64,000 bases of DNA from a virus (Duplodnaviria > Caudoviricetes): positions 1 through 64,000 of the IMG/VR virus record IMGVR_UViG_2667527228_000001; one strand, 5' to 3'. Positions 63,617 through 64,000 of this stretch are shown piece by piece (position 1 is the first letter of the stretch; the number at the start of each line of letters is the position of its first letter). The notes under the pieces were generated by a model. It made no database searches. It was not told the DNA's origin and saw only the letters and a program-made list of their open reading frames with translations. A program made the translations under genes and the position numbers.

Positions 63617-64000
63617 GTGACACTGAAGTCGATTTGGAGAAGGGAGAGTGCCAAGCGTTCCCGATTTGCCAAAGAAAGGGAGCGATGTGATCGTAACTGG
63701 CCTTTCCATAAAGAAAGGGCTCGCGCAGTTTTCGAGGAGCTCACTTCTCTTTCAGATGACTTTCTAATCATCGATCATGAGCAGCAGATGAACGACCAGC
63801 GCGACTCGTTTCCGGCGCATTGGGGACAGGACAGCATCGCAATCTACGAGATTGCTCGCCTTACTGGTCAGCGAACTGTGTATACGAATGGAACCTCGGT
63901 TCACATCGATCACATGCGTGAGAGTGGAGGAGGCTTAGTAATCCACTATGGTTACGAGACTGCGCTTATCCAGATTTTTCTGGCCCCACCAAAAACTAGT
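63617..64000 (+). CDS. Hypothetical protein (truncated by the window edge)
   Basis: GGAG RBS and GTG start; 128 open codons to the edge. Confidence 0.5.
   Translation, partial: MTLKSIWRRESAKRSRFAKERERCDRNWPFHKERARAVFEELTSLSDDFLIIDHEQQMNDQRDSFPAHWGQDSIAIYEIARLTGQRTVYTNGTSVHIDHMRESGGGLVIHYGYETALIQIFLAPPKTS

Larger units (their letters stand above)
47644..64000. mobile_element. Prophage 2 (left part; continues beyond the window)
   Basis: Second set of int, xis, early genes, cI/cro, replication genes and Q. Confidence 0.9.

Overview
Pseudomonas-type DNA made of two temperate prophages in tandem, joined at a 3' fragment of tRNA-Pro(GGG) at 47596-47643. Prophage 1 (about 1-47643) looks nearly complete: integrase/excisionase, a long leftward early operon, CI/Cro switch, O/DnaC-type replication, NinB/NinG/Q, holin, terminase, head, contractile tail, tail fibre, an acyltransferase moron, and GH19 endolysin with nested spanins. 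Prophage 2 (47644 to beyond 64000) contributes its integrase, early region, immunity, replication (DnaB plus a second tyrosine recombinase) and Q. The main feature is a diversity-generating retroelement (DGR) in the EARLY operon of prophage 1, made of RT, TR, avd and two tandem target genes. Both variable repeats differ from the template only at adenines (15 substitutions each). The targets are small, apparently cytoplasmic CLec/DUF1566-like proteins, not the tail fibre, and the TR overlaps the start of the RT reading frame. Other points of interest are an alternative-frame ORF nested in a C5-methyltransferase gene, two single-lesion pseudogenes, intergenic hairpin/RBS boundary elements shared by both prophages at which morons insert, SOS and LexA2-like boxes, and many translationally coupled micro-ORFs. 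Protein family calls come from motif recognition only; no database searches were run.
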